Shown piece by piece: positions 11,155-19,766 of a stretch of 64,000 nt of DNA (position 1 is the stretch's first letter; each line of letters starts with the position of its first letter). The notes under the pieces were generated by a model that was given only the letters and a program-made list of their open reading frames with translations, had not been told where the DNA came from and searched no databases. Source of the DNA: a virus (Duplodnaviria; Caudoviricetes). The stretch lies in the IMG/VR virus record IMGVR_UViG_3300025087_000689. The stretch is one strand, 5' to 3'. Both the position numbers and the translations under genes were made by a program.

Positions 11155-14100
11155 ATGGAGTTAGATAGAGTTCGAAAATTTCTTTTTGAGAAAGTTAAAA
11201 ATAATATTATTCGCGGTAAAATAACTGGTTTATCCGAATTACCTAGCGATGAAGCAATAGAAAAAGAAATAAATAATATTCTAAGTTCTTCATCTAATGG
11301 GATTATTGGTTCTATTTCTACTTTTGGTAGAAAGACTACATCTGATCCGAATGTTTATGGAAATAATTTTTTAACTATTAAAGATAATATCGAGTATATT
11401 TTGGGTGAAGTATTTGATAGTTTGAATAATACTATTGATATTATTAATAATTCAGTGTTAGAAAAGAATCAAATTCTCCGTGATTTGAAAATGATAGACA
11501 GAGATTTTTCTGATATTGAAGCTGGAACGTTACACAATGATGGAATGAAATACTTAATATCAGATTCTTTTACCGATACAGATAAAATTGATACTGTTAG
11601 AACGACAACACAATTAAATTTAAATGCCGGTACAGCTTCTCTTAATACCACAAGGGCTTCATATATAGGATTTCCTCATTATCGAAATCAAACAAGTATT
11701 AATTTTACTATAACGGAGGGGATATCACAAATTGTTAAACAACAACAATCTCCAGAAACAAAATTTGGGAATATCTTTGATGGTGATGATACAGATAGAT
11801 GGGAATTAATTATAACCACGCTTAGACCTACTGTATTGGAAGGTTATTTTAATCTTAAATTATCAGAGATAGGTGCTAGTGTAGAAATTAATAGAATTAA
11901 AATGAAGTTTTCAGGTACTAAAGACGTGACATCTGGAACAGATAATCTGACCTTTTTTTATATGAATCAAGATGCTATTGATAAAACTTGGAAAATATTA
12001 CCTGATGGAAAATTAGAAATTAAAAATGCCGAAATAGATTTTCAGTTTCCTACTATTCAGACTACTCATATAAGAGTTATGTGGACTAAATATGAACCAG
12101 ATGATGTTCAGAATCTTGAATACTTATTTAGTATTACAGAACTTAATGTTCAGAAAACTAGCACAGCATTCGAATCAACACTAATATCCAATTCAATGAA
12201 GTTAACTCCTTATCAGAATGAACAACCTACTATATTTACAGCTGAACTAGATGTTGATAAACAAGTTCAACCTGGAACTAATATAGAATTTTATATTGGT
12301 ATCGATAATACGATACCTGGTAAAGTAGTGGATGCTAATTCGAATGTAGTTGATATTGATGCTAAAGATGCCGTGGCTTTTGTTCCTAATGGAATAGATT
12401 CATATGGCAATCCTGAAAACTACTATACATTTGCATCGCTATTAAGAGATCATCCTTATTTATCTGGTACTTTTCCATATCAAGATTGGCAACCTAAGTG
12501 GCAACAATTATCATCCATTAAAGATATTGGAACAGCATTACCTAATCAGTTATATTTTAATGTTTCCGATTTTGATAAACCAGTACATGATTTATATTAT
12601 AAGAGTCCTGTATTATGGGGTGATCCTGCTTATACAGGCCCATGGCCTGTTACAGGTGCTGACTGGGCTGATAATTGGGACGGCACACCAGGAGCTTTTC
12701 CTAAGTCTGGTTATATTTGGGGTGAAGATCCTTTAAGTAGTGCTGGTGTTTGGTGGGGTGATTCTAATGAGTATCCTGGTTGGTGGAGACCGATGACACC
12801 TTCTAGTTCAGGAATTCATTTATCTACGCCCATGATATCTATTCCTGATTTTATTATTCCTGTATATGATGTCGACGGCACTCCTGTTTTAACGTATGAT
12901 CCATATTATAGACGTCTTGTTCCATTACAAAAGAAATTTTGGAAGATATTCAAATGGCCGTCATCTTCTTTACCTATACCAGGAACGATTAAACTCAGTA
13001 ACAAACATTTAAAATCTACTGGTACTGCTAATGATAATAGAAATACATGGAAATGGAATTACAAGAGTAAGAAAACTATAAGTGATTATGTTATTAATTT
13101 TACTCTACCTAATAATGTTAATTTCTATACTATTAAACTAGAAGAATTTTTACCTGGAAAATCAGATATTAGAATTTTAGTTGATTCTATTCGTGATGTT
13201 AAATTTTTAAATATAACACCTTCTGAAATTACGGACTTTCAAGTAGAATATGGTTTTGAATATGATAAGGATGAGAATGGATTATATTATAAAGTAAAAT
13301 CACCTGATTTTCTAGATGACGCACATGTAACTATTGTATTTGCAGATAGTGTAATTGCACAGAGGCGTGCATTAGGTGGCGATATAAAAATATCTCTAAC
13401 TATAAGTTATGAGGCTAAAACTGATGTAACAGCATCATGGGATGGATATCTTCTTGTTCCTGACGGAGTTACTACATTGCCAGTTTGCCACTTAGATACA
13501 AGTATTGGTTCAGTTAATAAAATTACTGTGCAGCAGATTAATGATAATGGTTTAGTTCAACAAACTAAATCCATAGAACAAAATCAACCAGATCCATTTC
13601 AGAATTTTAGTTTATATACTGGTTTAAATCTTGTACGTATTTTTGTAGATGTTCTTTCAACACAAGATGAGAGTGTTGGTGATGAACTCGCTACTTGGAG
13701 ACCAGATCAATATTTATTTGATATCGAAGAGACTATTAAAATGCAGGGTAAGTATTCTGATCCTGATTCTATTAATTTTACAACTGAGTTTGAACCCAAC
13801 ATTATTACTAATAAAAATATTGACTTCTTAGCTTCAGGTATCGTAGAAGGTGTGACTATTAATGTTCAACCTTATACGTTACAGGAAGGTGTTAAAGTTA
13901 AACAAGATAGAGAAGATATGGTTATTATAGCTGTTACTAATAACACTATTACATTACTTCCTTCTGTACTAACATCTGATTTTTACGTAGAAGAGTGGTC
14001 TGTTAAAGATTTCACTAAACGGACAACTTTTACATATGATGAAAATATAACAACACATCAAGGAACTAATTATCTACGACAGGTGGATATTAATGTTCTA

Positions 14101-14661
14101 TTATACGAAACTCCATTTGACGACGATACAAAATATGCTTTATTGGATGATGTGGATGGTAGTAAATATATTGTTGTAAAATCTCCAGATCCAAGTCAGT
14201 TTCCTAGAACAATAAGAAACATATTTCATTTCACTCGCACGTACTGGGATTATTTACTTGGTCAATATGTTACTTTTACAACAGGTACTAGTGGAAATAC
14301 GGGTGCATCACCTAATCTTTTAGCCACTGCATATGAAACGGCGACATCTCTAGTTAATACACCTGCTAATACCTTTGTTGGAGTTAATTATCCAAATGTA
14401 TCTACATACGGACAGTTAGTAAATGTTACTATGCCTAATTCGTCTGGATTCCTTTTTTGGGATACAGCTGAAAATCTAGAGGTTATTTATGATATTAAAT
14501 ACTCTTTAGCCGCTAATAACAGACCAGCGGATAGGATATTTTTAATGGCTAAATTCATATCAAGTGATTTAAATTTAAGTCCGGTATTGAATTCATACAG
14601 CTTAATAATCAATAATATGATACGGAGTACTAATGAGACCAAAATATCCTATATCCAGTAA
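11155..14661 (+). CDS. Putative virion structural protein, 1168 aa
   Basis: AAGGA RBS; shared N-terminal module (ISDSFTD...LNAGTASL); internal Trp/Gly/Pro-rich segment. Confidence 0.45.
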   Translation: MELDRVRKFLFEKVKNNIIRGKITGLSELPSDEAIEKEINNILSSSSNGIIGSISTFGRKTTSDPNVYGNNFLTIKDNIEYILGEVFDSLNNTIDIINNSVLEKNQILRDLKMIDRDFSDIEAGTLHNDGMKYLISDSFTDTDKIDTVRTTTQLNLNAGTASLNTTRASYIGFPHYRNQTSINFTITEGISQIVKQQQSPETKFGNIFDGDDTDRWELIITTLRPTVLEGYFNLKLSEIGASVEINRIKMKFSGTKDVTSGTDNLTFFYMNQDAIDKTWKILPDGKLEIKNAEIDFQFPTIQTTHIRVMWTKYEPDDVQNLEYLFSITELNVQKTSTAFESTLISNSMKLTPYQNEQPTIFTAELDVDKQVQPGTNIEFYIGIDNTIPGKVVDANSNVVDIDAKDAVAFVPNGIDSYGNPENYYTFASLLRDHPYLSGTFPYQDWQPKWQQLSSIKDIGTALPNQLYFNVSDFDKPVHDLYYKSPVLWGDPAYTGPWPVTGADWADNWDGTPGAFPKSGYIWGEDPLSSAGVWWGDSNEYPGWWRPMTPSSSGIHLSTPMISIPDFIIPVYDVDGTPVLTYDPYYRRLVPLQKKFWKIFKWPSSSLPIPGTIKLSNKHLKSTGTANDNRNTWKWNYKSKKTISDYVINFTLPNNVNFYTIKLEEFLPGKSDIRILVDSIRDVKFLNITPSEITDFQVEYGFEYDKDENGLYYKVKSPDFLDDAHVTIVFADSVIAQRRALGGDIKISLTISYEAKTDVTASWDGYLLVPDGVTTLPVCHLDTSIGSVNKITVQQINDNGLVQQTKSIEQNQPDPFQNFSLYTGLNLVRIFVDVLSTQDESVGDELATWRPDQYLFDIEETIKMQGKYSDPDSINFTTEFEPNIITNKNIDFLASGIVEGVTINVQPYTLQEGVKVKQDREDMVIIAVTNNTITLLPSVLTSDFYVEEWSVKDFTKRTTFTYDENITTHQGTNYLRQVDINVLLYETPFDDDTKYALLDDVDGSKYIVVKSPDPSQFPRTIRNIFHFTRTYWDYLLGQYVTFTTGTSGNTGASPNLLATAYETATSLVNTPANTFVGVNYPNVSTYGQLVNVTMPNSSGFLFWDTAENLEVIYDIKYSLAANNRPADRIFLMAKFISSDLNLSPVLNSYSLIINNMIRSTNETKISYIQ

Positions 14662-14899
14662 TGAAATGTTAGTCGAGTTAGGAGACTTACAAGAAACTCT
14701 AATTAGTCTTATTGGCTATGATTCTAATTCGTTTGATGATATTATCGATATATCTGGTCAAGTAGGTATCTTGGATGAGAGTATAGATGCGTCTGGATTC
14801 GCCTTTATAAATTCTAGACTCTTTCAAGAAGAACAATATAGTTTATTTTATAAAAATAGTTTAATTATGTATCATTCTCGGAGGTCTTTAAATGATTAA
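14633..14899 (+). CDS. Small hypothetical protein (alternative start 14666)
   Basis: Fills the gap between two operon genes on the same strand. Confidence 0.4.
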   Translation: MRPKYPISSNEMLVELGDLQETLISLIGYDSNSFDDIIDISGQVGILDESIDASGFAFINSRLFQEEQYSLFYKNSLIMYHSRRSLND

Positions 14900-16052
14900 T
14901 AATAGAGGACATACGTTGGCGTTCGATGATTCGCCACTAACTCTGAACTCTCCTTTGGATTCAGTATCATATAATAAGATAATTGATAGTCTAAAATCTA
15001 GTACACTTCGATGTATTAATAGAACAAGAGATCTGAATAATAGAGTAGTTAAGTTTAATAAAGCTTTAACGGCTGAGAATTTATACATAACATCTAAACT
15101 ACAGGAACAAGCTATATTTGTTGATAATCCAATTACCACTAGTGGTACAGCTCTTATAACTGGATTTGATACTTTAATAGCATCCAGTTTAGTAACTCAA
15201 ACAACACTCACAGGTCAAATAACAATAGAACCAGTGGTAGGAAGAAAATGGAGTAAAGTTGTTCGTTATCAGGATAAAAATGGTAGAAATAGAGCATCAA
15301 AAGATATTTATATTTCTTATGGTCCTGTTGCTTCGCCTTCAATTCAACCGGCTGATTCCGATATATATTCGATCTTAGATGGATACGCAGATACATTTTG
15401 GTTAGCAGATACGGTAGAGAATACACAATATACTTTACAAATTCAATTTCCTACATCATTAAAACCATATGTTAATTATCTTTCTTTGATTCCTTTTCCA
15501 GCATTTAGTTTTAATATTGATAGCGTATATATTACTAAAGCTGATGGTTCTCGAGAACAAATAGCCGATAGTGTATCTCAACATATGGGGATTCTGGACG
15601 TGCATTTTAAACCAATATCCTGGGGTGGAACAATTACTATTAATTTCACTTCTAATGGTTCTGTCGTTGGTATAGCTGATCTAGATATTGGTTTAGTTAA
15701 CTATCAAGATTCACAAGGATATATGGTCTTCGAAGTTCCTTCGTTTTTTTCTCATACTTTTTCTACTATTGAATCGATTGATTTGTTTGACTATAATCTA
15801 TATGGTATTGCAAACGACCCTAGTTATATTAAATCGGATAGAATTGTTGCGACAGCTTATCAATTTTCAGACGGTACTGTTTGGTCTGATGTTGGTGGAG
15901 TTGATATTAATCGAGCGACGTTAACAGGTGATGGTGCTACGGTTTTCAGTAAGACATTGACTACGAATAGATTCTATTTAAAGATTACTATGGATAAATA
16001 CTTAGGTCAGTCGCCAATCTTTCGAGCTATTAAAATTACACATGGAGTATAA
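14892..16052 (+). CDS. Putative structural protein, 386 aa
   Basis: Helical N-terminus then beta-rich domain; operon context. Confidence 0.4.
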   Translation: MINNRGHTLAFDDSPLTLNSPLDSVSYNKIIDSLKSSTLRCINRTRDLNNRVVKFNKALTAENLYITSKLQEQAIFVDNPITTSGTALITGFDTLIASSLVTQTTLTGQITIEPVVGRKWSKVVRYQDKNGRNRASKDIYISYGPVASPSIQPADSDIYSILDGYADTFWLADTVENTQYTLQIQFPTSLKPYVNYLSLIPFPAFSFNIDSVYITKADGSREQIADSVSQHMGILDVHFKPISWGGTITINFTSNGSVVGIADLDIGLVNYQDSQGYMVFEVPSFFSHTFSTIESIDLFDYNLYGIANDPSYIKSDRIVATAYQFSDGTVWSDVGGVDINRATLTGDGATVFSKTLTTNRFYLKITMDKYLGQSPIFRAIKITHGV

Positions 16053-16054
16053 TT

Positions 16055-16426
16055 ATGCCTATTACATCTGAATCATTATATAATTCAATAGAACAATTAA
16101 AGAGAACTATCAATGGACTTGCTACGAGAATATCTGATCTTGAAACAACTACAGGTATATATGTTACGCAATCTACTATGCAAACTTCTTTAGAAGATGT
16201 GAATTCTTCCATTACTGATATGAATGTTATAGTGAATAATTTGGAGACAAAATTACAAAAGATATCACTGCCGGGTAATACTAGATACTACTTAGATCAA
16301 TCTGAGATTACTGATTTTAGAAATCACTTTAGACAGTTAAGAAGTATGATGTCTGAGTTAGAAAAGTCTAGACAAGCTTTTATCAGATTAAGTGCCCGTT
16401 ACAATCTAACAAATTCGTCTCTTTAG
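16055..16426 (+). CDS. Coiled-coil hypothetical protein
   Basis: Heptad-like helical sequence; last gene of the + block. Confidence 0.5.
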   Translation: MPITSESLYNSIEQLKRTINGLATRISDLETTTGIYVTQSTMQTSLEDVNSSITDMNVIVNNLETKLQKISLPGNTRYYLDQSEITDFRNHFRQLRSMMSELEKSRQAFIRLSARYNLTNSSL

Positions 16427-16537
16427 TTAATTTTAAAATTTCTTCTCTTAAGAGTTTGTTTTCTTGTTCGAGTTTTCTTAATTTGTTTTCTAAATATATT
16501 AGATTAGCAGCTAGTATCAAACAACTAATTCAATTCT

Positions 16538-16879
16538 TTAAAATGGATTGTCGCGGGTTTTGGTCTCTTCATCTTGTGTTCGTTGTCTTCGTTCTGTAAT
16601 TTCGCGAAGTCTTCTAAATAATTCGTTTGCTGATGTATAATCTATATGATACAAAGATTCAGTTGGAATTTCTAAGTCTTTGATCTCATGTAACTTATCT
16701 ACTATCTCTTTATCGCTCTTAAGATCTATTTCAACTCTAATTGAACTACCATGATATCTAACAGATGAACCAAGAATCTTATGATCATTGTTTCTTAGTA
16801 TCTTCGTTAATGCAGTGTTGTATGGTTCCCGAATCTTATATGGAAGATCAGGTATGATTGGAACTATATCTAAATCCAT
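16538..16879 (-). CDS. Hypothetical protein
   Basis: 113 aa ORF coupled to the upstream minus-strand ORF. Confidence 0.5.
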   Translation of the reverse strand: MDLDIVPIIPDLPYKIREPYNTALTKILRNNDHKILGSSVRYHGSSIRVEIDLKSDKEIVDKLHEIKDLEIPTESLYHIDYTSANELFRRLREITERRQRTQDEETKTRDNPF

Positions 16880-17139
16880 TAGCGTTGACAGTCTTGAACG
16901 TCGACTAGTCCATTCCTATCTTTTCTATTTGGTATATAAATTGGTTCTTCACCAGGAAGAGGAAGTCTACTTACTTGCGGACAACCATGACGCAAATATG
17001 ATCTAAGAAGATTAAAATGAGCTTCACATAGATCGGTTGTATTAACCACTTTGTGGTACTCGTTATCGTACATCGTTACAGTAATAGTTTTACTATAAGT
17101 TCCACATATATCACATGATCTGCGTTCCTCTACAGCCAT
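16879..17139 (-). CDS. Small putative Zn-binding protein
   Basis: CDIC...CEAH motif; GGAG RBS. Confidence 0.45.
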   Translation of the reverse strand: MAVEERRSCDICGTYSKTITVTMYDNEYHKVVNTTDLCEAHFNLLRSYLRHGCPQVSRLPLPGEEPIYIPNRKDRNGLVDVQDCQR

Positions 17140-17178
17140 ATTAACTCCTATGTTATGTCTATTCTAAATGTGCTAAAT

Positions 17179-17679
17179 CTACTCGTTAGTATATGTAGTA
17201 CCTGTTGTCTTAGTACTGTAGGTGATGCGTGTAGAATCGCTTGTTGTATTATTTGGTATCCATATTGGATTCACTGTAGTTGTAGTTCTTTCATATAGAT
17301 TTGGCTTAGCTGTTTGTGCTCGAAGAAAAGCTTCAAGAACGTCATCTTGTTTTAACGTTGGTGTTACTGATGTTAGTTTATACCACGACAAATTATTTGT
17401 TTCTACTGCGACTATGTTGTTTCGAATCTTTGTTTTAATAGTAGCGTGATAACCATCATCTCTATAAATTATTAAGTCTATATCTTGTTCGCTACTAATA
17501 TTCATTTCTGCCGGTAGATCAACTTTAAAGTATGTTCGATCCTCGTATTTTTTTGTCATTACCTTAGTACAAACTATACGTGTTTCATCATTAAATGGAG
17601 CTCCGTGTATTTTAATAGTTGCCCTATAAATCGTATTATCATACGGAACATCAAGCGAAGAACTTTGAATAATATCCAT
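17179..17679 (-). CDS. Hypothetical protein
   Basis: 166 aa ORF with AGGAG RBS. Confidence 0.5.
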   Translation of the reverse strand: MDIIQSSSLDVPYDNTIYRATIKIHGAPFNDETRIVCTKVMTKKYEDRTYFKVDLPAEMNISSEQDIDLIIYRDDGYHATIKTKIRNNIVAVETNNLSWYKLTSVTPTLKQDDVLEAFLRAQTAKPNLYERTTTTVNPIWIPNNTTSDSTRITYSTKTTGTTYTNE

Positions 17680-18672
17680 TTAAATTACTCCTAAATCGTG
17701 TAAACAATTTGTTCTGTAGGGACACCATCCACATTCTTTATCAGATAGGTAGTCAATCTTACCAGCTTTATAATCTGCAAATTTAGTCTTACCAATCTTA
17801 CCGGTTATAGCATGGTCAGTAATTTGTTGATCAGAGTAGAGGGGACAGTAATCTGGTTCTATTAATAGACCACTCTCATGGTGTTGATAGATTTCGATAA
17901 ATCTTTCGAACACTGAATTCATATTGAATTCGTAATCCATTAACTTCGTTCTAGTTTTTTCGATGTTAATACCTTGGACTTTAAATATTGAGTTAGTATA
18001 ATTAGTTATACCCTTACACAAAATTCCATTAATGATAGGATATAAATCATCAGATAACTCAATGATGTGTTGGATCCAGTCCATACTTCCACGATTCAAA
18101 TAAGTAATAACAAATCTGGTAATACCTAAAGAAGTATCTATATATTTATAATAATAAAGATACGATAAAACCTGTATTACGTGTTCTATCTTTGGCATTC
18201 CAGGAATGGTTTGTTTATGAAAGACAGTACTTTCAAAATCATAACCATAGGAGGTTTTGATTTCTCCTCCAACTATCTCGTCATCAATCTTGTAGATCAT
18301 ATCTACTTCACCAGAGATTTGTACGGTAGTACTTCCAGGAATGAGATAACGAATCTTCACGCTATGGTCATGTCGGATGCCCGAGGAGATAGCGAGTTCT
18401 CGAATCCATTCTTCCAGAATATTACCAACTTTAAATCTTCCCAATGAGCGGATATCCTCTTCTTGAGGAACCACAATACCTTGCTGACTGTAGTAAGTTC
18501 TACGTCTACATCTTCCAACTATACCATTAAGAGTCCTAGCACTAGCTTCAGTTGGATAAAATCTAGTAGTAACCCTACCTGAGTGAGCTGCAGATTTATC
18601 TGTATCAGCTTGAATGATTGCATCGCTGAAGCTATCTAGAACTGTATCGAGTAATTCATTACGTGTTAGCAT
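17680..18672 (-). CDS. Cas4-like PD-(D/E)xK exonuclease
   Basis: N-terminal CxR..YY, G(N)ILE, SGEVD...EIKT nuclease motifs, QxxxY, C-terminal CGWCPYRTNC Fe-S motif. Confidence 0.75.
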   Translation of the reverse strand: MLTRNELLDTVLDSFSDAIIQADTDKSAAHSGRVTTRFYPTEASARTLNGIVGRCRRRTYYSQQGIVVPQEEDIRSLGRFKVGNILEEWIRELAISSGIRHDHSVKIRYLIPGSTTVQISGEVDMIYKIDDEIVGGEIKTSYGYDFESTVFHKQTIPGMPKIEHVIQVLSYLYYYKYIDTSLGITRFVITYLNRGSMDWIQHIIELSDDLYPIINGILCKGITNYTNSIFKVQGINIEKTRTKLMDYEFNMNSVFERFIEIYQHHESGLLIEPDYCPLYSDQQITDHAITGKIGKTKFADYKAGKIDYLSDKECGWCPYRTNCLHDLGVI

Positions 18673-18932
18673 TTATCGTCTTTACTTAGATTTTCTTCTA
18701 TTTTTAACCATTGGTGATTTTCTGGTGCGAAGGTTTTCTGTATTTCAGTTTCCTGACTTAATTCAAATGAACTCAATGGTTTAATATGGTCTATGTGATA
18801 TAGTTTCCTATCTCCTGAACATGGACCTAAATGATCTATAATAGATTGGATAGTAATTCCATAAAGTATAATAGATTTTTCTTTATTTCTAAGATATCTT
18901 AGTCTATCATACTCTTTTTTATTGGGTTTCAT
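18666..18932 (-). CDS. Short HNH-like endonuclease, possibly internally deleted
   Basis: YHIDHIKPLSSF...PENHQWL..EENLSK motif; paralogue at 54324-54880. Confidence 0.6.
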   Translation of the reverse strand: MKPNKKEYDRLRYLRNKEKSIILYGITIQSIIDHLGPCSGDRKLYHIDHIKPLSSFELSQETEIQKTFAPENHQWLKIEENLSKDDKC

Positions 18933-18939
18933 TACCCTT

Positions 18940-18969
18940 AGTATACTAATCTTTTGTTTATAATGCCAA
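18940..18969 (-). promoter_or_regulatory. Promoter TTGGCA-N18-TATACT
   Basis: Read on the minus strand; ATG at 18932 lies 7 nt after the -10 box. Confidence 0.6.
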
Positions 18970-19091
18970 AATTATTTTGCATTAACTAAGATACTTGTGG
19001 TTACTTATTAAACCTTACGGTTAATGACTGCAATCTTTAATACTAGTACCTTAACCATAATATATACACGAGTAAAATAATTAAAATACTT

Positions 19092-19121
19092 TTGGCATTA
19101 TTGACCGATTGTAGCTATACT
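19092..19121 (+). promoter_or_regulatory. Promoter TTGGCA-N18-TATACT
   Basis: Mirror of the 18940-18969 promoter; upstream of AAGGAG RBS and ATG 19148. Confidence 0.65.
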
Positions 19122-19147
19122 ATGTTTGAAATCAAAAGGAGATTCAA

Positions 19148-19756
19148 ATGGACAAATTAGAAATGCAGAGTAAGTTAGCTGAGAAGTTTCCGGTCGCAGA
19201 AGTCAAACAACGTGAAGGTGGATTTGGTAAGAAGCTCGATTACATTCCTATCGATGGAGTAATCAATCGTCTAAACGAAGTACTACCAATGGGTTATAGT
19301 TGGTCAGTAGATTCAGTTTCTCAAATAGGTGATTCCATTGTAGTTGTAGGAACTTTAGGAATTAAACTTTCTGAAACAGAAACTATTTATCGTGCAGGTG
19401 TTGGTTCTGATGTTATTGGTAAAGACATGGATAAGACAGTTAAAACGGCCTACGCTGAGGCCCTTAAAAAGTCTTGTAATACATTAGGCATTGGTCTGTA
19501 TCTCTGGGACGCAGAAGAGCGTGCAGACATCGCTAGAGAGCGTCAGAACGGCGGTGTAGAAACCAAGCGTACTTTCTCTTCTCAACAACTAGAGAAGATG
19601 AAGTTTGTTAGAACTAAGTTAAAACTAACTAATGACGAAGATCTAAATAAGTTCCTAGTCGAGACTTATAAGGAACCAGATATTAAAACTAAGGCTGATT
19701 TTACATCCGCTAACATCAACAAGTTCTTAAAGTTCGCAGAAGCAAAAACTAAATAA
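19148..19756 (+). CDS. Rad52/Rad22 (Sak)-family single-strand annealing protein
   Basis: KQREGG..KLDYI...VINRLNEV...YSW and KTAYAEALKKSCNTLGIGLYLW motifs. Confidence 0.8.
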   Translation: MDKLEMQSKLAEKFPVAEVKQREGGFGKKLDYIPIDGVINRLNEVLPMGYSWSVDSVSQIGDSIVVVGTLGIKLSETETIYRAGVGSDVIGKDMDKTVKTAYAEALKKSCNTLGIGLYLWDAEERADIARERQNGGVETKRTFSSQQLEKMKFVRTKLKLTNDEDLNKFLVETYKEPDIKTKADFTSANINKFLKFAEAKTK

Positions 19757-19766
19757 GGAAATTGAA

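Noticed and set aside
16365-16520. Minus-strand coiled-coil mini-ORF (LILAANLIYLENKLRKLEQENK...)
   Set aside because: No good start or RBS and it overlaps the end of 16055-16426; may be a remnant tail.
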